Counted from the stretch's first letter, positions 1 to 9,919 are shown. The stretch: 64,000 nucleotides of DNA from Desulfatiglandales bacterium (GCA_963662465.1 OY759599.1:1888001-1952000); one strand, 5' to 3'. Translations and numbers: made by a program. The notes: generated from the letters alone by a model not told the origin.

Positions 1-416
1 GGCCCCGGTTGCTGGATGATGCGGGCCTGGTGGCAGCCATGGAATGGCATGTGAAAGATTTTCAGAACCGAACCGGTATTCGTTGCTTTTTGTATGCCGA
101 TGGCATCGATGACGCACATTTGGGTCAAGCGCAGTCCACAACGCTTTTCCGCATCTTCCAGGAAGGCCTGACCAATGTTTTCAGACATGCCAATGCCCGA
201 TGGGTTCGGATCACCTTAAGGGAGGACGGAGATTTCCTGCTCCTGGCAATAGCAGACGACGGTCGGGGCATCACCCGGGACCAGATCGATGATCCCAATT
301 CATTTGGACTTCTCGGCATACGGGAGCGCGTTGCGTTTCTGGGGGGCGCCTTTGAAGTTCATGGGATTCCGGCAAACGGCACCATCATCCAGTCACGAAT
401 CCCTCTGATGAAATAA
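1..416 (+). CDS. Sensor histidine kinase, NarX/UhpB (HisKA_3) type, C-terminal HATPase part (5' end outside window)
   Basis: LDDxGL motif, FRIFQEGLTNVFRHA N-box, DDGRG and FGLLGIRERV G-boxes; directly upstream of a NarL-type regulator. Confidence 0.9.
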   Translation, partial: PRLLDDAGLVAAMEWHVKDFQNRTGIRCFLYADGIDDAHLGQAQSTTLFRIFQEGLTNVFRHANARWVRITLREDGDFLLLAIADDGRGITRDQIDDPNSFGLLGIRERVAFLGGAFEVHGIPANGTIIQSRIPLMK

Positions 417-427
417 GGAAATCTCTC

Positions 428-1060
428 ATGCTCAAAATACTCATCGCCGATGATCACCCCATTGTTCGAAAGGGACTCAAGCAAATTCTTGAGGACAGCC
501 CGGAGAAAATTGTAACCCATGAGGCCGGAGACGGTCGGGAAGCCGTGGAAAAAGCGTTGCGGGGGGAATACGATCTGGTGGTCATGGATATTGCCATGCC
601 CCATACCAACGGCCTGGACGCCCTTAAGGAATTGCGAAGTGCAAAACCCCATATGCCGATTCTCATGTTGAGCATGTACCCGGAGGATCAATATGCGGTC
701 AGGGCCTTTAAAGCCGGCGCTTCAGGATATCTGACCAAGCAGAATGCGCCTGAAGAATTGCTCCAAGCCATCAAAAGGGTTTTGTCCGGCCGAAAATACG
801 TCAGCACATCCATGGCCGAAAAGCTGGCAGACGACCTGTCGGCGGATGCCGAAGGACCCCTTCATGAAAAACTTTCCGACCGTGAATTCCAGGTGATGTG
901 CCTCATCGCATCGGGCAGAAGCGTGTCGGAGATTGCCGACAAACTTTTCTTAAGCGTTAAAACCGTCAGCACCTACAGGAGCCGCATCCTCATCAAGATG
1001 GAAATGAAACATAATGCCGAACTGACCTATTACGCCGTCAAGAATGCGCTGGTGGATTAA
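428..1060 (+). CDS. NarL/LuxR-family DNA-binding response regulator
   Basis: ILIADDH and MDIAMP receiver motifs; C-terminal LSDREFQV...SVKTVSTYR LuxR HTH. Confidence 0.95.
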   Translation: MLKILIADDHPIVRKGLKQILEDSPEKIVTHEAGDGREAVEKALRGEYDLVVMDIAMPHTNGLDALKELRSAKPHMPILMLSMYPEDQYAVRAFKAGASGYLTKQNAPEELLQAIKRVLSGRKYVSTSMAEKLADDLSADAEGPLHEKLSDREFQVMCLIASGRSVSEIADKLFLSVKTVSTYRSRILIKMEMKHNAELTYYAVKNALVD

Positions 1061-1063
1061 ACC

Positions 1064-1270
1064 ATGTACCCGGTGGGTAGGGAATTGGGTGTCGCTACAA
1101 GAACCACCCAGAAGGGATGCGAATCGCCACAAGGCTTTTCCTCACAACTTTCCTGGCCTCATTACAGAGCTTTAATGCGCGTCTCAAAACCTGATGCGAG
1201 GGAGTTTTACGAACAGGAAAGTATCGAATGCGGGTGGGACAAACGGACCCTTGAACGACATATTCATTAA
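1064..1270 (+). pseudogene. DUF1016/YhcG family fragment (no C-terminal nuclease domain)
   Basis: LSWPHYRALMRV...AREFYEQE.IECGW.KRTLER matches the YhcG N-domain signature; stops after 68 aa. Confidence 0.75.
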
Positions 1271-1323
1271 AGGGGAATCATGCTAAAAAAACCCGGAAAC
1301 CATAACGAAATGAAACTCGAGGC

Positions 1324-4300
1324 ATGTTGATGCAAGAATCTTATATTTACCACTCGAATCTCTTCAACTCCACATATTTTGAACGTGTTCTTACAAACGA
1401 GGCCTTTCCCCGTAAGCGGGAACTGCCGTCGGATGCACAGGATCGTTTGAAAAAACTGCTCGAACTCTGGCTTTCCGTTCGCCATGAGTTTGTAAAAGAT
1501 TTACCGGAAAGCAAATATAAGCCTATCCCAGGTGTTGGATTGCCGCCTTCTCTCGAAATGAAGTCAAAAGCCATTGAAGACAGCGTTGAAAACGAATTCT
1601 TACTGCCGCTTTACGAAAAAGTTTTAGGCTTCGCATGTAAAAAACAACAGTCCATGGAGTTGACGGGGCTTTCAAAAGAAATAAAAAATCGAACCAAAAA
1701 ACCTGATTTTGTCATTTTTTCAGATAAAAAGAAAAAAAAGGCTGCCTTGGACCTTGTTGGTAAAACCAAAAAAGCGGTTTGTGCGCTTTCATTTTGTTCC
1801 GGAGCGGATTTTATCGTTGACGCGAAAAAATTTCAAAAAGGGATTGGCGCGGACGAGGAGCGAGGCGCACCCAAAGAAGGCAGTGCCGCACAGGATATTG
1901 AACAGGTTTCCCGTTATCTCCAAGGCGGCGGAAAAAAATGGGGCGTGCTGACCAATGGCAGATGCTGGCGTCTGATGCGGGCGGGCGCCTCCCAGGACCA
2001 TCTTCGCTTTGACCTTGTGCTGTTTCTTGAGCATATGATTTGCAGGGAAAACCTTTCAGAAAAATCAAAAATCCAGAATCAGATGCTTCAAAATGAAGAC
2101 CTGGCGGTGTTCAATCTCTTTTGGCATCTATTTGGACCACCTGCTGTAAGCGGCGGTTATCTGGATCTCCTGCTTTCGGAAAGCGAGGCCAATACACGGA
2201 GGGTAAAGGACATTCTCCGGGAAAACGCCCATATTGCCGTTCAAAACATTGCACAGGGGTTTTGGCAACATCCCGAAAATATTTTCCCGGAAAAGCCGGG
2301 GCAGGCGCAGCTTGACCATCTTCGGGAACTCTCCTTAATTTTTCTGTATCGTCTTCTATTTGTCCTCAAGGCGGAAGCTCAGGGGCTGTTAAAATTAAGA
2401 GATGATAAAGGAATCGTCACGCTGTATTCGAAAGTCCTTGGCACCAAAGCTGTTTTTGAAGGCATCCATGGGTTTTCCGTAAGCGACCGATCTCAAATCA
2501 GCACCGGGTTTGATGCGCTAAAAAAACTCTTTGATGCCGTGAATACCGGAAGCAAACAATATGATGTTCCCGCATACAACGGCGGCCTGTTCGACCCGGA
2601 TAACAACCCGGAGCTGGATAAAATGAAGCTCACCGATGACGTGGTGTATTCGGTATTGAAACGGTTGATTTACCTGGATGAATCCGAGCCGGTTCCCTAT
2701 GCCGATCTGGATGTGCGGGATTTCGGGGATATTTATGAAGGGCTCTTGGAACAGCGCCTTGTTCTGGAAAAAGTGGGGCAGTCTTATATGCTTTCCCTGC
2801 GGAACAAAAAAGGGGAGCGCAAGGCCAGCGGGTCTTATTTTACACCCGACAGCCTTGTGGATCATGTGGTACGCGCCACGATTTTGCCTTTGCTGGATCA
2901 ATGCGGAAACAATGCCGAAAAAATCCTTGCCCTGAAAGTACTCGATCCGTCCATGGGAAGCGGCCATTTTCTGGTTAAGATGGTGGATGTGATGGCATGG
3001 CGTCTCACCTTGAACTGTAAACCTTTGGATAATACGGTTTTAGATGATAACGGCCCCGAAGAATACGCCTACTGGAAGCGCCAGGTGGTTGAAAACTGCA
3101 TTTACGGGATCGACTTTAACCCCATGGCCGTGGAACTGGCCAAGGTGGCGCTCTGGCTCCATACGGCAAGCTACGAGCAACCCCTTTCCTTTCTGGATCA
3201 TCACCTGAAATGTGGGAACAGCCTTGTGGGAGCGTCCCTGACCCGCATTGCCCGACCGGCCCTGGCGGCAAAAACAACAAGGAAGGGCTCTGCCTGGGTG
3301 GTTCTGAAAAACGAAGACGCCAATGATGTTCCGGCCGGAAATACAAAAAATAAAGCCGCCAAAAGAACCAACCAGCAGCTCTTGCTGCCTTTTCCAATTG
3401 ATACGTCTCTTTTTTCCGGCATTCTGGAAAGCGTCCATGACATTTTGAAGAGATCAAGCAGAACGTCGAGCGATGTAAAGGCCAAACGCACACAATATCT
3501 TAACGAGGTGAATGTCCGCCTGAAAGCCCACCGCATCCTGTGTGATTTATGGTGTACACAGTGGTTTATCCCAGAACCGGATGATGAAAGCATTGCCGTC
3601 TATGAAAGCGCCAAGGGACTCTATACCCACGTCAAAAAAATCTGCGGTATCACGGATCATGAGCAAAGAAGCGAAGCGTTGGACAAGGCGATTCAACATC
3701 CCTTCCTGAAACGGGTGATTGCAGCCCGAAAGGAAGGTTATGGGCCGAAACCGATGCGGTTTTTCCACTGGCAGCTGGAATTTCCGGAAGTGGCCTTCAC
3801 AGAGCAGGGAGAGCTGAAGAAACATTTCGGGTTTGATGCCATTGTGGGCAATCCGCCCTGGGACAAGATCAAGCCCGCAAAGCGTGATTTTTACGGCCCA
3901 TTCAACGATGAGGTGGCCAGCCGCCAGGGTCTTAGCCTTGATGCCCTGATCCGGGACATGGAAACCGAGCAACCGGGACTCGCCGAAGGGTGGCGAGCCT
4001 ATGAAACCATGATAAAACAATTAAACTGGTTTCTTGTAAACGCCGGCATTTATAAACATCAAACGGCCTTTGTGGAAGGCAAAAAAACGGGCGGGGATCC
4101 GGATCTGTTTAAATATTTTGTGGAGCGATCGTGGCAGGGGGTATCTGAAAAGGGGCGTATTGGTCTGGTGCTTCCGGCCACCATCTGGCAGGGACAGGGC
4201 TGTACCGGTCTGCGCCGCCTTCTGTTTGAAGGGGCGCGTGTGGAAAGCCTTTACACCTTTGAAAATTATCGTAAATGGGCATTTGACATTCATTCCAGCT

Positions 4301-5907
4301 TCAAATTTACCGCCGTGGTGTTTTCCCACAAAAAACCGAAAAAAAGGGATTCCTTCCCTGCGGCCTTCATGCTTCGGGATACCCAGGTACTGGAAGGAAA
4401 AATGCAGGATCGGGTGCTGTCTTTGAACCGGGATTTCATTGCCTCCATCAGCCCGGAGAGTCTGGCCCTAATCGACAACCGTTCCGACATGGAAGTGCGG
4501 TTGATTGAGCGACTTCATCAAAACTTCCCCACCCTTGGCAGTGCGGACAACGGTTGGAACATAACCTATCGCACCGATTTGCATATGAGCAATGACGCCT
4601 GGCTGTTCAAAACACGAGAGTGGATGGAGTCAAGAGGATTTACCCGCTTTTGGCCGGAAAGAAATGAGGAGGGGCTGTGGGTTCAGAAGAAGTATCCGGA
4701 TTCCAAGATCGTTGTATTACCGAAGAATTTGCCCAAGGGCGGTGAATACTGGGTTTCGGGGGATGAGAACTGGTATCGGACACGTGGGTATGCGGAACAG
4801 CGACAGCATTTCAACAGCAAGGAACGGAGTGTTTTCTATCATCCGGAAGACAGAGCAGAAAAAGACCGGAAGGGCAATGATCCCAACCGGATTCTGCCTG
4901 GTGAAATTTATTCTCCGCTTTATGAGGGCCGGATGGTATATATTTTTGACCATTCGCAAAAAAAATATTTATATGGTGAAGGCAGGAAAGCGATTTGGAG
5001 CGACTTATCTGTTGTAGAAAAAATTATTCAACCAAGGGTCTTCATTTCGAAAAAAGAAGTGGAGAAAGATAGCCAGATTCGGATTGGTCTTTGCGATATC
5101 ACTGGGGCAACAAACGAGCGCAGCCTCCTATCATCATTTTTGACTCAAGATGTCTTAGCCGGTCATACTGTACCATGTTTGCTCACCAAAGGAATAAATC
5201 AAACCATATTATTGCTTTGTTTCTTGAATTCATTTTGTGTCGATTATCTGATTCGTTTTCGAATAAGTACTCACGCAACCTGGAATTTTCTCTCAGTTCT
5301 GCCCCTTCCTGAATCTGGTATTATCTCTTCCGATGTAGCCACAAAGTTTTGCGAGTGTGTTACAAAACTCAGTTGCACCACCCCGGAACTTGCGGAAATA
5401 TGGAATACCGTGCATCCCGAAGAACCTTGGACGTATGAGAGCGCAGAGCGTGATTTATGGAAAAGGGCCGAACTCCGAGCTGAGATTGATGCCATGGTAG
5501 CTGAGTTGTATGGGTTGTCCGTGGAAGAATATGCCATGGTCCTGACCGGTTTTCCCCTTCTGGATCGGAGTCAACCCGCCCTGCCCGGAGATGCCTTTCT
5601 CACGGAGGGGGATGAAAAGTCGAAGAAAGGGGTGGAAGGCGAAAGCTGGCTGGAAAGGGAGTGGGGCATTTTTGAAATCAAACCGAGAAGCTTCATCACC
5701 CGTGATTTTGCCCTGCTCACCTACATAAAGCGAAAAGCCTGTCCTCTGCCCCAGGATCTGGGCGCATGGTTCCGTGACAAGGTCGGCTTAGATCCAGAAG
5801 GTCCCCTTTCCCGTTTTATGGTCGGGACTGTCGTGGATCTGGAGGAACGGGTTGCAACCGCCAAAGAAAAGGGGGCGATTCCCTATCTGCCCACCAGCCG
5901 TGGTTAA
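1324..5907 (+). CDS. Type IIG/Eco57I-like fused restriction endonuclease / N6-adenine DNA methyltransferase with TRD
   Basis: N-terminal KPDF...DAK PD-(D/E)xK, QVSRY and GVLTNG motifs; MTase motifs GSYFTP, DPSMGSGHF (motif I), GNPPW (motif IV), FHWQLEFPEV; C-terminal RAEIDAMVAELYGLS. Confidence 0.88.
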   Translation: MLMQESYIYHSNLFNSTYFERVLTNEAFPRKRELPSDAQDRLKKLLELWLSVRHEFVKDLPESKYKPIPGVGLPPSLEMKSKAIEDSVENEFLLPLYEKVLGFACKKQQSMELTGLSKEIKNRTKKPDFVIFSDKKKKKAALDLVGKTKKAVCALSFCSGADFIVDAKKFQKGIGADEERGAPKEGSAAQDIEQVSRYLQGGGKKWGVLTNGRCWRLMRAGASQDHLRFDLVLFLEHMICRENLSEKSKIQNQMLQNEDLAVFNLFWHLFGPPAVSGGYLDLLLSESEANTRRVKDILRENAHIAVQNIAQGFWQHPENIFPEKPGQAQLDHLRELSLIFLYRLLFVLKAEAQGLLKLRDDKGIVTLYSKVLGTKAVFEGIHGFSVSDRSQISTGFDALKKLFDAVNTGSKQYDVPAYNGGLFDPDNNPELDKMKLTDDVVYSVLKRLIYLDESEPVPYADLDVRDFGDIYEGLLEQRLVLEKVGQSYMLSLRNKKGERKASGSYFTPDSLVDHVVRATILPLLDQCGNNAEKILALKVLDPSMGSGHFLVKMVDVMAWRLTLNCKPLDNTVLDDNGPEEYAYWKRQVVENCIYGIDFNPMAVELAKVALWLHTASYEQPLSFLDHHLKCGNSLVGASLTRIARPALAAKTTRKGSAWVVLKNEDANDVPAGNTKNKAAKRTNQQLLLPFPIDTSLFSGILESVHDILKRSSRTSSDVKAKRTQYLNEVNVRLKAHRILCDLWCTQWFIPEPDDESIAVYESAKGLYTHVKKICGITDHEQRSEALDKAIQHPFLKRVIAARKEGYGPKPMRFFHWQLEFPEVAFTEQGELKKHFGFDAIVGNPPWDKIKPAKRDFYGPFNDEVASRQGLSLDALIRDMETEQPGLAEGWRAYETMIKQLNWFLVNAGIYKHQTAFVEGKKTGGDPDLFKYFVERSWQGVSEKGRIGLVLPATIWQGQGCTGLRRLLFEGARVESLYTFENYRKWAFDIHSSFKFTAVVFSHKKPKKRDSFPAAFMLRDTQVLEGKMQDRVLSLNRDFIASISPESLALIDNRSDMEVRLIERLHQNFPTLGSADNGWNITYRTDLHMSNDAWLFKTREWMESRGFTRFWPERNEEGLWVQKKYPDSKIVVLPKNLPKGGEYWVSGDENWYRTRGYAEQRQHFNSKERSVFYHPEDRAEKDRKGNDPNRILPGEIYSPLYEGRMVYIFDHSQKKYLYGEGRKAIWSDLSVVEKIIQPRVFISKKEVEKDSQIRIGLCDITGATNERSLLSSFLTQDVLAGHTVPCLLTKGINQTILLLCFLNSFCVDYLIRFRISTHATWNFLSVLPLPESGIISSDVATKFCECVTKLSCTTPELAEIWNTVHPEEPWTYESAERDLWKRAELRAEIDAMVAELYGLSVEEYAMVLTGFPLLDRSQPALPGDAFLTEGDEKSKKGVEGESWLEREWGIFEIKPRSFITRDFALLTYIKRKACPLPQDLGAWFRDKVGLDPEGPLSRFMVGTVVDLEERVATAKEKGAIPYLPTSRG

Positions 5908-5921
5908 AAAGGAGCAGGATA

Positions 5922-6992
5922 TTGGATTGGGAATATTTTTTGGATAAACAGTGCGGACATCCGGAAAAAACACTTTTTCATTACACCACTGTTCCGGGTT
6001 TTAACGGAATTCTGGGTGATAACTGCCTTTGGGTCACGGATACCCGCTATTTGAACGACTTGGAAGAATACAGGCATATGGATCTTGATTATGATGAAAT
6101 GGAAGAATCTGGGATAAAACCAGAAGATTTCGAAATAGCTATTCGAAATGGAGAAACAGATTTCATTGCCTATGCGGTGAATATGTTTAACTGGGACCCT
6201 GGCGTATTCCCGGATGGTGGCCACCCGCTTTCTACGGCATGTGAAGCTGGATTTCTGGATGTGGCAAAAGAATTGGTTGCATGGGGGGCTGACATTCACG
6301 ACAAGGGTGAAGAACTGCCGACTCCGTTGATTTTTGCAGCGCAGAACGGGCATTCTCATATTGTTTCCTGGTTGGTGGAAAACGGAGTGGATCTCAATTA
6401 TCACCATGAAGAGATCGATACAAACGGGGACTGGGAATGGAGCGGATCCGCACTGGGAGAGGCCATCAGATATGGACATCTGGATATTGCCGAATACCTA
6501 GTGGACAAAGGTGCGGATATAAGTGCCCGGATGATAACAACATTTCAGGACCAATACGGCCTTCCGGGCCGTATGATTTGCAAGGCTTCATATCCCATCG
6601 TCGAATTTATGAAGCAGGAGAATTGCTATCTGTTTAATAAGGCTGTCAAACTGAATGCTCTGGAAAATTTGCTGGAAGAGGATCAGAAATCTTTATTGGA
6701 AATATGCATCTGCAAAGGAAGGCTCGATGAAGTTCGCTTGATATCTGAAAATCTACCAAAGCTTTTGAATCAGTACATAGAAACAGAAGACCAAGGCTGT
6801 CTGTTTCCGCTGGAACTTGCCGCAATTCATAAAAACAACGAAATATTCGCTCTCCTTCTGCAAGCAGGCGCAAGCCTGGGCATTCGAAATGAGGATGGAA
6901 CTTTCATATATGCGTTGGTAGCCGAAATCTGGCCTGAAAAGGCTGTAGAAATTCTTTCAGCCCTTGCCAAAGAAAATGCGGCTGAGACCTGA
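5922..6992 (+). CDS. Ankyrin-repeat protein with a DUF2971-like N-terminal segment
   Basis: Ankyrin repeats TPLIFAAQNGHSHIVSWLVENG, SALGEAIRYGHLDIAEYLVDKG, PLELAAIHKNNEIFALLLQAG; N-terminal LFHYTT..GF.GIL...LW.TD.RYLND..E; AGGAG RBS before the TTG start. Confidence 0.8.
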   Translation: MDWEYFLDKQCGHPEKTLFHYTTVPGFNGILGDNCLWVTDTRYLNDLEEYRHMDLDYDEMEESGIKPEDFEIAIRNGETDFIAYAVNMFNWDPGVFPDGGHPLSTACEAGFLDVAKELVAWGADIHDKGEELPTPLIFAAQNGHSHIVSWLVENGVDLNYHHEEIDTNGDWEWSGSALGEAIRYGHLDIAEYLVDKGADISARMITTFQDQYGLPGRMICKASYPIVEFMKQENCYLFNKAVKLNALENLLEEDQKSLLEICICKGRLDEVRLISENLPKLLNQYIETEDQGCLFPLELAAIHKNNEIFALLLQAGASLGIRNEDGTFIYALVAEIWPEKAVEILSALAKENAAET

Positions 6993-7251
6993 TTATTGCC
7001 CTTTATGGAACGGCGTGGCAGTAGCATCCGTCGTATGTACTTGGCTATGGCTAATCACGGTCTGGGTGTGCCGGGGCGCTCGTTCCGGGATATGGATACT
7101 TTAAAGTGGTGTTGAGAGACCCAGGTGATGATGTAGGAGGTTGTAGACAGGAAGCACAAATATTACAAGCCGCTGAGATACCCGGAAAATTAAAACCGGA
7201 AATCATTGCCATTCTAAAGGACGCCGGTGCCATAATCGATGGAGATAATTC

Positions 7252-8292
7252 ATGACAGGATTCAACCCCAGATTCACCATAACCAACCGCATGACATCAG
7301 CCATCACCCAAATTGAACGTGCCCGGGGATTTCTGGAAGCCGCAAGATTATCCGATGACTGGGTGAGGGATATGGGAAATCAAGCCCTTATTAAAGAGGC
7401 CCATCATACAACCCACATCGAAGGGACGCGGTTGACCCTGGATCAGGCCGAACGTTTATGGAAAGGCGAAGCTGTACCTGAGGCCGATCCGGATGATACC
7501 CGCGAGCTGTTAAATTACCGTTCAGCCTTTGAGTTTGTTTCCACATGTCTGGATAGTGGAGATCCCATTACCGAAGGAATGATTCGAGGAATTCATCGAA
7601 AACTGGTAGAGGGCGTTCGTGGCGGAAAAGCTGATCCCGGTGCTTACCGACGGATACAAAATTATGTGGCAAATTCCAAAACAGGAGAGGTGATTTATAC
7701 CCCTCCATCCGCGGTTGACATACCTATCATGATGTCTGAAATGGTAAAATGGTTTAATTCGAATCTTGAAATCCATCCGGTTTTAATCAGTGGTATTGCT
7801 CAGTTCCAACTGGTCCATATTCATCCGTTTCTTGACGGTAATGGACGGACTTCAAGGCTATTATCGACCCTCTGTCTTTACAAGGCCGGATATGATTTTA
7901 AACGTCTGTTCACCATCAGTGAATATTATGATCGTGACAGGCCCACCTTCTATAAAAAAATCCAAAGCGTTCGTGAAAACGACATGGATATGACCGGATG
8001 GCTCGAATACTTCATTACCGGCCTTCAAACTCAGATGGTTGAGGTTAAGGAACGCGGGGAACAGGTGATTCAACGGGATGTTTTAAAGCAGAAACACAAC
8101 CTGAATGGGAGGCAAACAAAAGCAATTGAATACCTCCTCCAGTATGGCAGACTGACCATCCAGGATTATGAGGTGATGTGCCCAGAGGTCAACCGACGCA
8201 GTTTGCAACGTGATCTGAAAATAATGATTGAAAAAGAATTGCTTGCTGCTGAAGGCGCAACAAATCAGTTGGCCTATCTTTTAAGGATTTGA
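7252..8292 (+). CDS. Fic family protein (class II) with C-terminal winged HTH
   Basis: Catalytic [13 protein letters not shown]-terminal inhibitory motif TTHIEG; C-terminal [11 protein letters not shown]. Confidence 0.93.
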   Translation: MTGFNPRFTITNRMTSAITQIERARGFLEAARLSDDWVRDMGNQALIKEAHHTTHIEGTRLTLDQAERLWKGEAVPEADPDDTRELLNYRSAFEFVSTCLDSGDPITEGMIRGIHRKLVEGVRGGKADPGAYRRIQNYVANSKTGEVIYTPPSAVDIPIMMSEMVKWFNSNLEIHPVLISGIAQFQLVHIHPFLDGNGRTSRLLSTLCLYKAGYDFKRLFTISEYYDRDRPTFYKKIQSVRENDMDMTGWLEYFITGLQTQMVEVKERGEQVIQRDVLKQKHNLNGRQTKAIEYLLQYGRLTIQDYEVMCPEVNRRSLQRDLKIMIEKELLAAEGATNQLAYLLRI

Positions 8293-8347
8293 ACTTGCGA
8301 CAACTTATGACAAAAACTTGCGACAAACTCATGACGGAACTCGCGAC
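8292..8347 (+). repeat. Five near-tandem copies of a 10-bp motif AACTYRYGAC
   Basis: AACTTGCGAC 8292, AACTTATGAC 8302, AACTTGCGAC 8315, AACTCATGAC 8326, AACTCGCGAC 8338; TATAAT at 8353-8358. Confidence 0.85.
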
Positions 8348-8413
8348 ATTAGTATAATGGCTCATCGCGGATTGACGTGAAAACATTCCCGGAGGGGAAA
8401 AGTTGTATAGTCC

Positions 8414-8685
8414 GTAGGTCAGGTTGTCCCGCGTTCACATTTTTACCTCGAAATTTCGATTTTCATGCCAACCCCCATGAACGTACAAAATTCCACATGT
8501 CCACACGCGGGATTACCTGACATTGATTCGGCATAAACCGATAATCCCATTGGCGACGTTGGGGTGGTCGTAAGAATGTCAGGGAACGGCGCGTTGGGGG
8601 TTTTTCGGTCGTTTGATGGATTTCAACCCATTTGGGATTCAACAACGTCAGAGGAAAAAACTGGACGCGCCGCACCCTGACCTAC
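8414..8685. repeat. REPIN-like doublet: two inverted GTAG-type long-loop hairpins
   Basis: Unit 1: GTAGGTCAGGTTGTCCCGCGT (8414-8434)...ACGCGGGATTACCTGACAT (8505-8523). Unit 2, opposite orientation: ATGTCAGGGAACGGCGCGT (8576-8594)...ACGCGCCGCACCCTGACCTAC (8665-8685). Confidence 0.75.
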
Positions 8686-8773
8686 CGCGTGGGAAAAATA
8701 ACCATGGGATCGTCGGGTTCCGAATAAAAGAACGTGGTGGGTTCCTGTTCCGCTTTTCACGGTTTCACGGGAA

Positions 8774-9901
8774 TCAAATCAGCAGCGATTTCAAATAGTC
8801 CAATCCCCTGCGAATTTCCACTCCTTTCTTCTGTCTTTCTCTTTTCAGGCGGAGTACCAACTGCACGCCGGGAATGGCATATTTGTTGGTGAAGTAAATC
8901 AGGGCTTCAGTCGGTTCAGGATCGGATCGCTTAACTTCTATGAGCATTTCAGGGTTATCGTCATTTACAATGCAAAAATCCACTTCCTTCTTTTCTTTGG
9001 TCTTCATGTAATGTAAAGCGTAGGGGCGACCCTGAAAATCGATCAGGCCATATACATGCTTCAAGAGACATAGCGCCGTCATGTTCTCAAATTTTGACCC
9101 TTCATCTCCTTTCACCAGACCGGTATCAAAAAAATAAATTTTGGGTTCCTTCAAAAGGGATCGTGCAATATTTCGGGAAAATGGCTGAACCCGGAAGGTG
9201 ATGTATAAAGATTCCAGAATCCGCAGGTATTTTTTTACGGTATTGGGAGCAATCTGAATGTCCTCCGCAATGGACTGGTTCGAAATGGGAGAGCCGGTTC
9301 TTGCGCGCAACAAATCCAGAAGCAATTGCATCGCTCGAAAATCGTGAATTCTTTCAAAATCGAGAATATCCGTCCGAATCAGACCATCAATATACTGCAT
9401 CCTCCATCGGTCCGCATCCACCGGATTTTCCGCCAGAAACGGCTCCGGAAATCCTCCCCGAATGAGAAGATTTCCCGGGTCGACGGACCCGCCCACATGG
9501 GAGAGTTCAGCCGGGGAAAAAGGGAGCATGCGGTGCCTGAAAAATCTTCCTGCCAGGGAGTCACCGCCTTGTCGGAATGCCTCGAGTCTTGCGCTTCCGG
9601 TTACCAGAATCATCAGATGTTCCGGCTTGGTATCGTAAATACCCTTGAGATAGTTTTTCCACTCCGGCATTTTGTGCAGTTCATCCAGGACTAAGAGTTT
9701 CGTGGTATCCAGCCAGGCCTCGTGTCTTATGATTTCCCGGTCCTCGGCACTGTCATAATTTAGATAGACGTTCTCAGGAAAAGCTTTGGCAACGTCCTTT
9801 GCCAGCCAGGTTTTCCCCACCTGTCGGGGTCCTGTGAGGAAAACCATCTTTTTGGGCAAATCATTTAAAATGTAGTGCTTGTACTGTCGTTTCATTGGCA
9901 T
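8774..9901 (-). CDS. AAA_14 + DUF4143 ATP-binding protein (copy 1)
   Basis: GPRQVGKT Walker A, LVLDELH Walker B, TGSA, SLAGR, GGFPEPF, KIYFFDTG, EVDF...IEVK nuclease-like tail. Confidence 0.92.
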   Translation of the reverse strand: MPMKRQYKHYILNDLPKKMVFLTGPRQVGKTWLAKDVAKAFPENVYLNYDSAEDREIIRHEAWLDTTKLLVLDELHKMPEWKNYLKGIYDTKPEHLMILVTGSARLEAFRQGGDSLAGRFFRHRMLPFSPAELSHVGGSVDPGNLLIRGGFPEPFLAENPVDADRWRMQYIDGLIRTDILDFERIHDFRAMQLLLDLLRARTGSPISNQSIAEDIQIAPNTVKKYLRILESLYITFRVQPFSRNIARSLLKEPKIYFFDTGLVKGDEGSKFENMTALCLLKHVYGLIDFQGRPYALHYMKTKEKKEVDFCIVNDDNPEMLIEVKRSDPEPTEALIYFTNKYAIPGVQLVLRLKRERQKKGVEIRRGLDYLKSLLI

Positions 9902-9919
9902 TTTCTCCGGAAGCGTTTA

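Noticed and set aside
1324..5907. BREX PglX or DISARM DrmMI assignment
   Set aside because: No pglZ/brxC or drmA/B/D helicase genes in the window; the protein has its own N-terminal nuclease motifs
6990..7025. Selenocysteine readthrough of the ankyrin gene TGA (weak TTATTGCC/GGCAGTAG pairing follows)
   Set aside because: No SECIS-like apical loop, no Cys-type context, and another stop soon follows
8292..8347. Repeat array as a CRISPR
   Set aside because: Units are 10 bp with 0-3 bp gaps, there are no spacers and no cas genes
8463..8675. Short ORF with MPN motif as a RAYT transposase remnant
   Set aside because: No HxH motif; the ORF simply overlaps the hairpin element
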